Assembly: GCA_050946775.1 (NCBI GenBank)
Contig: JBMNVL010000001.1
Coordinates: 3,229 to 67,228, forward strand
From: Acutalibacteraceae bacterium
Lineage (GTDB): Bacteria > Bacillota > Clostridia > Oscillospirales > Acutalibacteraceae
Length of the DNA stretch: 64,000 nt
Direction of reading: 5' to 3'
Both the position numbers and the translations under genes were made by a program. Shown here in pieces: positions 26,856 to 34,988 of the stretch. Every line of letters begins with the position of its first letter. Positions within the stretch are counted from its first letter, which is position 1. The notes beneath the pieces are model-generated. The model was not told the DNA's origin. It saw nothing but the letters and a program-made list of their open reading frames with translations, and made no database searches.

Positions 26856-27036
26856 GTTCTCCGCCGTTGGGGGACGGCGGGAAAAAGAAAACGCCGCAGG
26901 GGGAAAGACAAACCGGGAGCGCCGCGGGAGAAGCGAAAACGGTTCCGGCGGAAAAGCGACGCTGGGGAAGCCGGATCCGCTTTACAGGCAGACGCTTCCG
27001 GGGGAAGGAATCCGTCCAGGTGAGAAAGGAGGCCGT

Positions 27037-27093
27037 ATGACCGCAAAGCATCCGCGGCAAACGCGAAACCGGCAGGGGATCGGGGATGGTTGA
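27037..27093 (+). CDS. 18-codon upstream ORF translationally coupled to the small terminase gene
   Basis: A perfect RBS, AAAGGAGG, lies 6 nt before ATG 27037 (MTAKHPRQTRNRQGIGDG). Its TGA overlaps the ATG of the next gene (ATGGTTGA). Confidence 0.3.
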   Translation: MTAKHPRQTRNRQGIGDG

Positions 27094-27460
27094 TCTTCAC
27101 CGTCCCGCCCGGATCCGGGCGGCGATCCGACGGGCCGAGGCCTACGCCGAGGAGCGCAAGGTACCGCTGACCGCCGAACGGCTGGCGGCGGAATTGGGAC
27201 TGGACGGCGAGGGATACCGCCGGCTGATCGATCCCGCGTTTACCCCGCCCGACGGGGAATGCGCCGCCGCCCTGGAGGCGATCCGCGCCGCCAACACCCG
27301 GGCGCTGGCAAGCGTGCTGGAGCACGCCCTGACCAAAGGCTCAGGGGTGCATATGCACCTGATGTATCTCAAGCAATACGCCGGTTACACCGACGCCGCC
27401 GCGCCGGCGCCGACCGACGGACCGGTCCGGTTTTTCGGGGAATCCGAGCTGCCGGAATAA
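27086..27460 (+). CDS. Putative terminase small subunit
   Basis: 124 aa, immediately upstream of terL. The N-terminal HTH-like segment ..LTAERLAAELGLDGEGYRRL.. fits. The assignment rests mainly on position. Confidence 0.45.
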   Translation: MVDLHRPARIRAAIRRAEAYAEERKVPLTAERLAAELGLDGEGYRRLIDPAFTPPDGECAAALEAIRAANTRALASVLEHALTKGSGVHMHLMYLKQYAGYTDAAAPAPTDGPVRFFGESELPE

Positions 27461-27498
27461 CGGCGAAAGCCGCATTTTTTTAAGCGGAAAGTTGCAAA

Positions 27499-27723
27499 AT
27501 GCAATTTTCGGAAAGGAACAACGCATTGAAGGATATGATACGGGCATACCGGCAAACGCGGCAGATCCTGGCGCGCCGGCGGGAGGATCTGATCGGCCAG
27601 CGGGGCAACTGTGAGCGGCGGATCCTGGTGCTGGAGGCCGAGATCGACGAGGTGGACGAGGTGCTGCGGATGCTGGCCAAATACGATGACGAATCAACCG
27701 CGACCGGCCGACGCGCCGGATGA
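27499..27723 (+). CDS. Hypothetical coiled-coil phage protein
   Basis: 74-aa ORF between terS and terL that overlaps the terL start. The RBS is weak. Confidence 0.35.
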   Translation: MQFSERNNALKDMIRAYRQTRQILARRREDLIGQRGNCERRILVLEAEIDEVDEVLRMLAKYDDESTATGRRAG

Positions 27724-29020
27724 AAAAGGGGTGTATCTGCCCGCCGTGGTCGGCGGGGGATACCGGGCGTTCTGGAACTGCCGCAAGCGCTACCGGGTGG
27801 TCAAGGGAGGCAAGGCCTCCAAAAAATCCTCCACGGCGGCGCTGTGGTACGTCTGGCAGATGATGAAATACCCCGACGCCAACGTGATGGTGATCCGGGC
27901 GGTGCAGCGCACCCACGAAAACAGCACCTTTGCCCAGCTTCGGTGGGCGATCCGCCGGCTGGGGGTGGAGCATTTGTGGGACGCGACCCGCCATCCGCTG
28001 GAGCTGACCTATCGCCCGACCGGGCAAAAGATCTTTTTCCGGGGGATGGACAAGGTGGAAAAGCTGGCTTCCACCACGGTGGAGCGGGGCGTGATCTGCT
28101 GGGTGTGGATCGAGGAAGCGTACGAGATCGCCGACGAGGAGGATTTTCTAAAGCTGGATCTGTCGATGCCCCGCGGGGTGGTGACGCCGCCCCTGTTCAA
28201 GCAGACCACCCTGACCTTCAACCCCTGGAGCGACCGGCATTGGCTCAAGCGGCGGTTTTTCGATCAGCCCCATCCCGACGTGCTGGCCATGACCACCACC
28301 TATCGCTGCAACGAGTTTCTCGACGACGCCGACCGGGCGGTCTACGAGAATCTCAAGCGGCGCTCGCCCCGGCGGTACGCCGTGGCGGGACTGGGGGAAT
28401 GGGGCGTGGCGCAGGGGCTGGTGTTCGACCGCTGGCGGGTGGAGGCGTTTGACAAAAGCGCCCTGCCCGAAAGCTGCCGGTTCATTTTCGGGCTGGACTA
28501 CGGCTACGCCAACGATCCCACCGCCTTCATCGGGGCGGCGGTTGATCAGCCCGGCCGGACGCTGTATATCTTCGACGAGCATTACGGCAAACGGATGCTC
28601 AACAGCGATATCGCCGCCATGATCCGCCAAAAGGGCTACGCCAAGGAGCGCATCCGCGCCGACAGCGCCGAGCCCAAATCCAACGAGGAGCTGCGCCGGA
28701 TGGGGCTGCAGCGGATCTGCCCGGCGATAAAGGGTCCGGATTCGGTGCTGCACGGCATCGCCCGGCTGCAGGAGTACGATATGGTGGTGCATCCCGACTG
28801 CGTCAACACCGTCGCCGAGCTGTCGGCTTACTGCTGGGACAAGGATCAGGCGGGACAGCCGGTCAACCGCCCGGTCGACCGGGACAACCATCTGATGGAC
28901 GCGCTGCGCTACGCCATGGCCGACGTGCCGCTTCCCCGGCGGGAAGAGCGTCGCCGCCCGTCCGTCAGCACAAACGGGGTGCTGCCCGCCCATTTGCGGG
29001 GACAATGGGGCGGCGCCTGA
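27686..29020 (+). CDS. terL: Phage terminase large subunit (PBSX-like family)
   Basis: About 444 aa from ATG 27686. ..RVVKGGKASKKSSTAALW.. is Walker-A-like. ..WVWIEEAYEI.. is Walker B. The C-terminal nuclease shows ..DYGYANDPTAF.. and ..DNHLMDALRYA.. Confidence 0.85.
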   Translation: MTNQPRPADAPDEKGVYLPAVVGGGYRAFWNCRKRYRVVKGGKASKKSSTAALWYVWQMMKYPDANVMVIRAVQRTHENSTFAQLRWAIRRLGVEHLWDATRHPLELTYRPTGQKIFFRGMDKVEKLASTTVERGVICWVWIEEAYEIADEEDFLKLDLSMPRGVVTPPLFKQTTLTFNPWSDRHWLKRRFFDQPHPDVLAMTTTYRCNEFLDDADRAVYENLKRRSPRRYAVAGLGEWGVAQGLVFDRWRVEAFDKSALPESCRFIFGLDYGYANDPTAFIGAAVDQPGRTLYIFDEHYGKRMLNSDIAAMIRQKGYAKERIRADSAEPKSNEELRRMGLQRICPAIKGPDSVLHGIARLQEYDMVVHPDCVNTVAELSAYCWDKDQAGQPVNRPVDRDNHLMDALRYAMADVPLPRREERRRPSVSTNGVLPAHLRGQWGGA

Positions 29021-29037
29021 CAGAAAGGGAGAACGCA

Positions 29038-29256
29038 ATGGCATTTTTATTGGGAACGACGGGGGCGTTGGCGGTGGTGATCGCCTACGCGCTCGGGGTA
29101 TGGCGGGGATCGGCCGCCGCCCGACGGGATCGCCTTGCCCGCACCGCTCCCGCCGGCGAGCCGTCGCCGGAGGAAAAGCGGCGAATGCGGGAGATCTACA
29201 ATTTCTGGCACTTCGACGGGGACGCCATGCCCCGCCCGTCGGAGGATGAGCGATGA
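29038..29256 (+). CDS. Small phage membrane protein
   Basis: 72 aa from ATG 29038 (RBS AAGGGAG). Single TM segment MAFLLGTTGALAVVIAYALGVW. Confidence 0.4.
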   Translation: MAFLLGTTGALAVVIAYALGVWRGSAAARRDRLARTAPAGEPSPEEKRRMREIYNFWHFDGDAMPRPSEDER

Positions 29257-29270
29257 AAGGAGAAACGCCA

Positions 29271-30980
29271 ATGGCCAACAGCGCCATCACCCCCGAGCGG
29301 GTGTTTGAGGAATACGAACGGGGCGCGCGGTACAAAAACGGACTGGGCAAACGGGGCTTGTACGAGCAAAACCGGATCAACGAGCGGTTTTACGCCGGGG
29401 ATCAGTGGCGAGGCGCCAACTGCGGCGACGAGCGTCCGCTGGTGCGCTACAACGTCATCAAGCGGATCGGCGAGTACAAGATCGCCGCGGTGGGATCCAC
29501 CCCGGTCGGGGTGCGGTATCTCGCCGAAGGGGTCCCCGATACCCTCGCCACCCGCCAGAAGACCGAACAAATGCGTCAGCGGATTGCCGCCGGGGACGCC
29601 GACACTCTCGGCGATCTGCCCCGCGAGGAGGAGATCGCCGCCGTGACCCAGGCGATGTCGGACTATTACAAGATCACCGGCGCCCGGGTGGGGCTGGAGG
29701 ACTGCAAGGAGCGGGTGCTGCGAAACGCCTATCTGACCGGCACCGGCATCCTCTACACCTACTGGGACGAGGGCGTGGCCACCGGTCAGTTCGCCGACAG
29801 GGATCGCGCCCAGCCCATCCGGGGAGATATCGCCTGTGAGGTGCTCGACGTGGAGAACGTCACCTTCGGCGATCCCGCGGTGGAGGAGATCCAGCGCCAG
29901 CCCTACCTGCTGATCGCCCAAAGGCGGCCGGTATCCTCCCTGCGGGCGCTGGCGCGCCGCTATGGCCGCACGGCGGCGCAGCAGGCGCTGATCCGCCCCG
30001 ACGACGAGCCGGTCTACGGCGACGACCCGGTACAGGAGGGCGGGCGCAAGGCCACCCTGCTGACCCGCTTTTGGAAGCGGGAAAATCCCGACGGCAGCGT
30101 GACCGTCAAGGGGATCCAGGTCTGCCGGGGGGTGGTGGTGCGTCCCGAGTGGGATCTGGGGATCCGGCTGTATCCGCTGGCAAATTTTGCATGGGATCGC
30201 CGCCGCGGCTGCGCTTACGGCGACAGCGAGATCACCTGGCTGATCCCCAACCAGATCGCCATCAACCGGATGATGACCGCCTCGGTGTGGGCGGTGATGA
30301 TGATGGGGATGCCCATCATGGTGGTCAACGGGGACGTGGTCAACCAGCCGGTCACCAACGATCCCGGCCAGATCATCCCGGTCTACGGCTCGCCCGAGGA
30401 GGTGGAAAAGGCGATCCACTACGTGGCGCCGCCGGCCTTTTCGGCGCAGTACGACGAGCTTTGCTCGTCGCTGATCGTCAACACCCTCAACCAGGCCGGC
30501 GTCAACAGCGCCGTGCTGGGCGACATGACCCCCGACAACACCTCCGCCATTCTGGCGGTGCGCCAGGCGGCGATGATGCCCCTGACCATGATCAGCCAGC
30601 GGTTTTACCGCTTCATCGAGGACGTCGCCCGGATCTTCGCCGAGTTCTGGGTGACCCAGTACGGCTGCCGCCGGTTGAAAATGGAGGACAGCCGGGGGGT
30701 GTGGTATCTGCCCTTCGACGCCGATCGCTACCGCGATCTGGTGCTCAGCGTGCAGGTGCAGGTGGGCGCGTCCTCGCTGTGGAGCGAAAACCAGACCCTG
30801 CAGACGCTGGACAACCTGTTCGCCCGCCAGGTGATCGACTCCCGCCAGTATCTCGAGCGGCTGCCCGACGGGGCGGTGCCCGATCTGGCGGGACTCAAGC
30901 GGGAGTTCAAAACGGCGGATCAGCCGCCAGAGAAAGGAGACACGCCGGATGCATCTGATCGAGAAGGAACCGCCGATTGA
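29271..30980 (+). CDS. Phage portal protein
   Basis: About 569 aa from ATG 29271 (RBS AAAGGAGAA). Its size and its position after terL fit. ..NRINERFYAGDQW.. is an N-terminal motif common in portal proteins. Confidence 0.8.
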   Translation: MANSAITPERVFEEYERGARYKNGLGKRGLYEQNRINERFYAGDQWRGANCGDERPLVRYNVIKRIGEYKIAAVGSTPVGVRYLAEGVPDTLATRQKTEQMRQRIAAGDADTLGDLPREEEIAAVTQAMSDYYKITGARVGLEDCKERVLRNAYLTGTGILYTYWDEGVATGQFADRDRAQPIRGDIACEVLDVENVTFGDPAVEEIQRQPYLLIAQRRPVSSLRALARRYGRTAAQQALIRPDDEPVYGDDPVQEGGRKATLLTRFWKRENPDGSVTVKGIQVCRGVVVRPEWDLGIRLYPLANFAWDRRRGCAYGDSEITWLIPNQIAINRMMTASVWAVMMMGMPIMVVNGDVVNQPVTNDPGQIIPVYGSPEEVEKAIHYVAPPAFSAQYDELCSSLIVNTLNQAGVNSAVLGDMTPDNTSAILAVRQAAMMPLTMISQRFYRFIEDVARIFAEFWVTQYGCRRLKMEDSRGVWYLPFDADRYRDLVLSVQVQVGASSLWSENQTLQTLDNLFARQVIDSRQYLERLPDGAVPDLAGLKREFKTADQPPEKGDTPDASDREGTAD

Positions 30981-31383
30981 GGAAGAGGAGTCCCTGTCGC
31001 CGCAGGAGAGTGAGCCGCAGGAGGAATGCCCCGCGTCGCCCGATCCGGTCGGGGAAGAAGAGGCGGGAACGGATGATCCCGCCGAGGAGCGGGCGCTGAT
31101 CGACCGGCTGGCCGACGAGTTTGTCGCCCTGGCCGAGGAGATGGACGGGGTGGCGCAGCCGGAGGATCTGCCCGACGAGATCTGGCAGACGGCGGCCGAG
31201 GGAGTGCCCTTGCGGGACGCCTGCCTGCGCTACTGGTACGCCGAATACTGCCGCCGTCAGGCGGCGCAGCGGGCGGCGGCCCGCGCCGGCGCCGGGTCGG
31301 CGGGATCGCTGCGGGACGTGCCCGACGATCCCCGGCCCGAGGAAGCCGCTTTCGCCCGGTCGTTTCGTACGGCCGTCAACTGA
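30949..31383 (+). CDS. Acidic scaffolding-like protein
   Basis: 144 aa and very acidic (EEEESLSPQESEPQEE...). It lies between portal and capsid genes, and no prohead protease gene is present. Confidence 0.45.
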   Translation: MHLIEKEPPIEEEESLSPQESEPQEECPASPDPVGEEEAGTDDPAEERALIDRLADEFVALAEEMDGVAQPEDLPDEIWQTAAEGVPLRDACLRYWYAEYCRRQAAQRAAARAGAGSAGSLRDVPDDPRPEEAAFARSFRTAVN

Positions 31384-31409
31384 TGGAATTTTGAAAGGAT
31401 GGAATCACT

Positions 31410-32315
31410 ATGAATATGATCACTTTCGCGCAGACCATGACCGCCGAGCTGGACAAGGCCGTCGTGCAAAAGCCGGTCACCGGCTTTTTCGCCGACAACA
31501 ACCTGCGCAGCAAATTCGTGGGCGCCAAAACGGTGCTGATCCCCGAAATGGAAATGTCGGGGCTGGGCGATTACGACCGGGATTCCGGCTTCGTCAAGGG
31601 CACCATCACGGTGACCAGCCAGCCCTATACCCTGCAGATGGACCGCGGACGCTCCTTCCAGCTTGACCGGGAGGACAACGACGAGAGCGGCGTTGCCGGT
31701 CTGGCCGGCCAGGTGCTGGGCGAGTTCGTGCGTACCAAGGTGGTGCCCGAAATGGACGCCTACTGCCTGTCCAAGCTGGCGGGTCTGGCGGTGCAGAACA
31801 GCCAGACCGTCTCCGGCACGCCGGCGACCCAGGCCTACAAGATGCTTTGCGAGGCCATCGCCAAGGCGCAAAACGAGATCGGCTACGACGAGGAGCTGGT
31901 CGCCTTTGTCGACGGCGCCATGTTCACCGCGCTGCAAAACAGTGCCGAGGTCAGCCGCCACATCGAGATGTCTTCCTTCTCCAAAGGCGGGCTGGACACC
32001 ACCGTGCGCTCCCTCAACGGCACGGCGATCATCCCGGTGCCCGATTCGCGGATGAAGACCGCCTACACCTTCCAAAACGGGGTGGACGCCGGCCAGCAGG
32101 ACGGCGGGTTCGTGCCTGCCGCCAACGCCAAGAGCATCGGGCTGCTGGTGCTGCCCAAACGGGCGGCGTCGCTGGTCAAGAAGACCGAGCAGGTGCGCAC
32201 CTTCGATCCGGCGCACAACCTGCAGGCCGACGCCTGGAAGTTCGACTACCGGCTGTACTATGACCTGTTCGTGAAAAACAGCATGAGCAAGGGCATCGTC
32301 GCCTACACCTATTGA
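31410..32315 (+). CDS. Phage major capsid protein
   Basis: 301 aa after the scaffold-like gene. Size and composition are typical of small HK97-fold coat proteins. RBS AAAGGATGG. Confidence 0.7.
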   Translation: MNMITFAQTMTAELDKAVVQKPVTGFFADNNLRSKFVGAKTVLIPEMEMSGLGDYDRDSGFVKGTITVTSQPYTLQMDRGRSFQLDREDNDESGVAGLAGQVLGEFVRTKVVPEMDAYCLSKLAGLAVQNSQTVSGTPATQAYKMLCEAIAKAQNEIGYDEELVAFVDGAMFTALQNSAEVSRHIEMSSFSKGGLDTTVRSLNGTAIIPVPDSRMKTAYTFQNGVDAGQQDGGFVPAANAKSIGLLVLPKRAASLVKKTEQVRTFDPAHNLQADAWKFDYRLYYDLFVKNSMSKGIVAYTY

Positions 32316-32364
32316 TCCGATGACCAATGGAGCGGGTGGGCGGGATGACTGCGGAGGAATGGAT

Positions 32365-32742
32365 ATGACGGGATACGAGGTGCTGGAGCAGGCGCTTTGT
32401 CTGCTCCACTACACCGACAACGACGGGCATCCCGACAGCCGGCTGTGGGCCGATACCGACCGCCAGGGTCTGGCGGCGGTCAATCAGGTATACGCCGAGC
32501 TGTGGTATGCCCACAGACGGGACGCCTTCACGCCGCTGGCGCGGCTGAGCGATCCGCTGGCGCTGACCGATCAAAGCGCCCGCGAGGCGATGCCGCTGGG
32601 GGTGGCGATGTGGATGGCGCAGGGCGAGGGCGACGCCGCTCAGCAGGCGGTGATGGCGCAGGCCTACACCCAAAAGCGCAACCGCGTCACGCCGCCTGCC
32701 GCCCGGCGGCAGGACGTGCTGCCCCGGGGGGAATGGGTATGA
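32365..32742 (+). CDS. Hypothetical phage protein (possible head completion/adaptor)
   Basis: ORF 32320..32742. ATG 32365 has the best-spaced RBS (GGAGGAA). ATGA overlap with the next gene. Confidence 0.4.
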   Translation: MTGYEVLEQALCLLHYTDNDGHPDSRLWADTDRQGLAAVNQVYAELWYAHRRDAFTPLARLSDPLALTDQSAREAMPLGVAMWMAQGEGDAAQQAVMAQAYTQKRNRVTPPAARRQDVLPRGEWV

Positions 32743-34628
32743 GATACGCACCCATGCCCGCGCCGCCGCTCTGGCGGGAGGAAGTCTTCCCCGGCTTTGA
32801 CGGCGGGCTGGTCAGCCAGCCGGATCGGCAGCCGCCGGGAGAATGTCTGCTGCGCCAGGCGGACAATCTGTGGCGGCGGCCCGACGGACTGCGTACCCGT
32901 CCGTCGGTGAAGGCGGTCAGCCGGTTCAGCCGCCGTCAGGGAACGCTGGAGCCGCTGCGGCAGGTCGAGCAGACGACGGGGTATTCCTGGTGGGTGGAAG
33001 CCTTCACCCAAAACGGCGCCGCCGCGCTGCAGCTGTTCCGGCTGGACGCCGACGGGCGGCAAATCACGGTGGGCGATCCGCTGGCGGTCTCCTACGCGGT
33101 GATCACCCCCACCGTGTCGGGATGGCTGGCCATTGCCGACAACCACGTCTACAGGCTGACCGGCGGACAGGGCGCCTGGATCAACGCCGACGGGGATATC
33201 CATATCCCCGTTATCCGGCGGGGATGCCGGGGATGTCTGCCCACCGAGGTCCAGCCGCTGGCCGGCCGGGAACACGAGGAGCTCAACCATCTGACCGACC
33301 GGTTTTCGGTCGATTACACCACCGACGGCGAATCGCCCCGGTTTTATCTGCCCTACAGCGGGTTGGACGACGGGGAGGTGACGGCGGTGCTGACCACCGA
33401 CACCGGGCAGAGGCTGACCTACCGGGTGACGGCGGGACAAACCGACAGCGCGCCGGCCGACGGGCGGTATATGCGGGTCAGCCGGGCGGGCGGTTACGTG
33501 CAGTTTCGCAGCGCCCTGTGGGACGACCAGGACGATCCGCCCCCGGTCAGCGGCCGGGAGGACAACCTGCGGATCACCGCCGCCAAAGCCGGGATCAGCG
33601 GCAATCTGACCCGGCGGATGCGCCAGGGCGCCTGGCTGACCGGGGACGATCGCCGTGCCACGCTGGTGCTGACCGGCAACGCCTTTGACTCCTCGCTGAT
33701 CTGCTGGAGCGCCGCGGGCGACCCGTTGTATTTTCCGGCCAGCCACACCGCCCGGGTGGGCGATCCGCAAGGCTATATCAGCGCCATCCAGCCGCTGCGC
33801 GACCGGCTGCTGCTGTTCAAAAAAAGCTGCATCTATATGCTGACGGCGACCACCGCCATCGGCGCCGAGCCGGAGAAGGTGTATGTGACGCTTTATCCCT
33901 CGGCGACCGGCTGCGACCGGCCGCAGACCATCTGCATGGGCGACGACCGGCTGTTCTGGGTGGACACCCACGGACGGGTGCGCAGTCTCTCCTTTTCGCA
34001 GATGACCACCCGTCAGCCGCCCGAGCTGCTGTCCACGGCGATCACCGATCCCCTGCGGGAAGCGCTGACCGCCGCCGGGAGCGATACCGCGGCGGTCTGG
34101 TGGCGTGGGCAGTATCTGCTGCGGGTCGGCGGCGCGATCTGGACCTTTTCCCCGGGCAAACGGCCGGCTTGGGGTCGCTGGACGCTGGACGGGCGGTTGT
34201 CGCCCGACCGGATGGCGGTCGTCGGCGACCGGGCGGAGCTGCTTTGCCGGGATCAAAACGGCGGACAGGCCACCTGGGTGGTCTGCCATTTGTCCGACGA
34301 CGAAAGCGGCGAAGACCGGCTGGAGATCGGCGGGCAGACGGTCAACGCGCCCATCGCCTACGCCGCCGCCACTACCCTGTGGGACGTGAAGGCTCCCGAC
34401 CGCAAGCGGATGGACGCCGCGGCGCTCGACGCCGATCTTCCGCCGGGACAGGCGCTGGTGCTGCATTTCGACACCGAATGGGGCGCGGCCGAACGGCTGC
34501 GGCTGACGCCGGGGCAATCCGGCGGGCATTGGCTGCCCTTTCGGCTGTCCCGGTTTTCCCGGCTGGCGGTCCGCTTTGCGGGGAAAGGCTTTTTGCGGAT
34601 CCGGCGATTGCGGATACGGGTGAGGTGA
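32739..34628 (+). CDS. Large orphan phage structural-like protein (629 aa)
   Basis: Starts at ATG 32739 within track ORF 32397..34628. It is the last large gene of the operon. I recognise no motif. Repeated W/G-rich beta-like segments suggest a propeller-type fold (inference). Confidence 0.5.
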   Translation: MRYAPMPAPPLWREEVFPGFDGGLVSQPDRQPPGECLLRQADNLWRRPDGLRTRPSVKAVSRFSRRQGTLEPLRQVEQTTGYSWWVEAFTQNGAAALQLFRLDADGRQITVGDPLAVSYAVITPTVSGWLAIADNHVYRLTGGQGAWINADGDIHIPVIRRGCRGCLPTEVQPLAGREHEELNHLTDRFSVDYTTDGESPRFYLPYSGLDDGEVTAVLTTDTGQRLTYRVTAGQTDSAPADGRYMRVSRAGGYVQFRSALWDDQDDPPPVSGREDNLRITAAKAGISGNLTRRMRQGAWLTGDDRRATLVLTGNAFDSSLICWSAAGDPLYFPASHTARVGDPQGYISAIQPLRDRLLLFKKSCIYMLTATTAIGAEPEKVYVTLYPSATGCDRPQTICMGDDRLFWVDTHGRVRSLSFSQMTTRQPPELLSTAITDPLREALTAAGSDTAAVWWRGQYLLRVGGAIWTFSPGKRPAWGRWTLDGRLSPDRMAVVGDRAELLCRDQNGGQATWVVCHLSDDESGEDRLEIGGQTVNAPIAYAAATTLWDVKAPDRKRMDAAALDADLPPGQALVLHFDTEWGAAERLRLTPGQSGGHWLPFRLSRFSRLAVRFAGKGFLRIRRLRIRVR

Positions 34629-34632
34629 GAGC

Positions 34633-34743
34633 ATGACGCGACCGGTACAAGCGGACAAACGGGCGATCGCCCGGCAGGTGATCATCCGGCGGCTGGACCG
34701 CCGCATCCGCCGCTGCTGTCTGACGAAAGCCGTCAAAAAATAA
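34633..34743 (+). CDS. Small basic ORF (36 aa) ending the phage operon
   Basis: RBS GGTGAGGTGA + ATG 34633. MTRPVQADKRAIARQVIIRRLDRRIRRCCLTKAVKK. Below the ORF-track size cut-off. Confidence 0.3.
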   Translation: MTRPVQADKRAIARQVIIRRLDRRIRRCCLTKAVKK

Positions 34744-34747
34744 AACG

Positions 34748-34783
34748 ACGCCCGCGGGATCGCACGATCCCGCGGGCGTTTTG
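34748..34783. terminator. Bidirectional intrinsic terminator closing the phage operon and the glg/XRE transcript
   Basis: aaaACGCCCGCGGGATCGcaCGATCCCGCGGGCGTtttg. Confidence 0.8.
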
Positions 34784-34784
34784 C

Positions 34785-34988
34785 TCATTCATCCGCCGTA
34801 TATGCGGCAATGTCCTCCAACCGGCAATTCAAAGCGGCGCAAAGCTTGTTCAAGGTTTTGGCTTCGATGTTGTCGTTGGCGCGAAGACGGCGGATCGTTT
34901 TGCTGTCGATTCCGCAGCGCTCCCGCAATTGATAGGTAGACATCCCGCGTTGCGCCATTGTTTTCCATAACCGATCAAACCGAATCAT
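34785..34988 (-). CDS. XRE-family HTH regulator (HTH_26-like), start overlapping the glgA stop
   Basis: 67 aa from an internal ATG of track ORF 34785..35585. MIRFDRLWKTMAQRGMSTYQLRERCGIDSKTIRRLRANDNIEAKTLNKLCAALNCRLEDI. ATGA overlap with glgA. Confidence 0.75.
   Translation of the reverse strand: MIRFDRLWKTMAQRGMSTYQLRERCGIDSKTIRRLRANDNIEAKTLNKLCAALNCRLEDIAAYTADE

Larger units (their letters stand above)
26083..34785 (+). mobile_element. Phage-derived packaging + head gene module (prophage remnant or domesticated capsid-forming element)
   Basis: Gene order: repressor, terS, terL, portal, scaffold-like, major capsid, two orphans, terminator. No tail, lysis, integrase or replication genes are recognisable. 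Confidence 0.7.

Noticed and set aside
29253-29270. ATG 29253 as the portal start.
   Set aside because: That ATG is embedded in the RBS (gATGAAAGGAGAA) serving ATG 29271. It overlaps the stop of the preceding ORF, so 29271 is the better-supported start.
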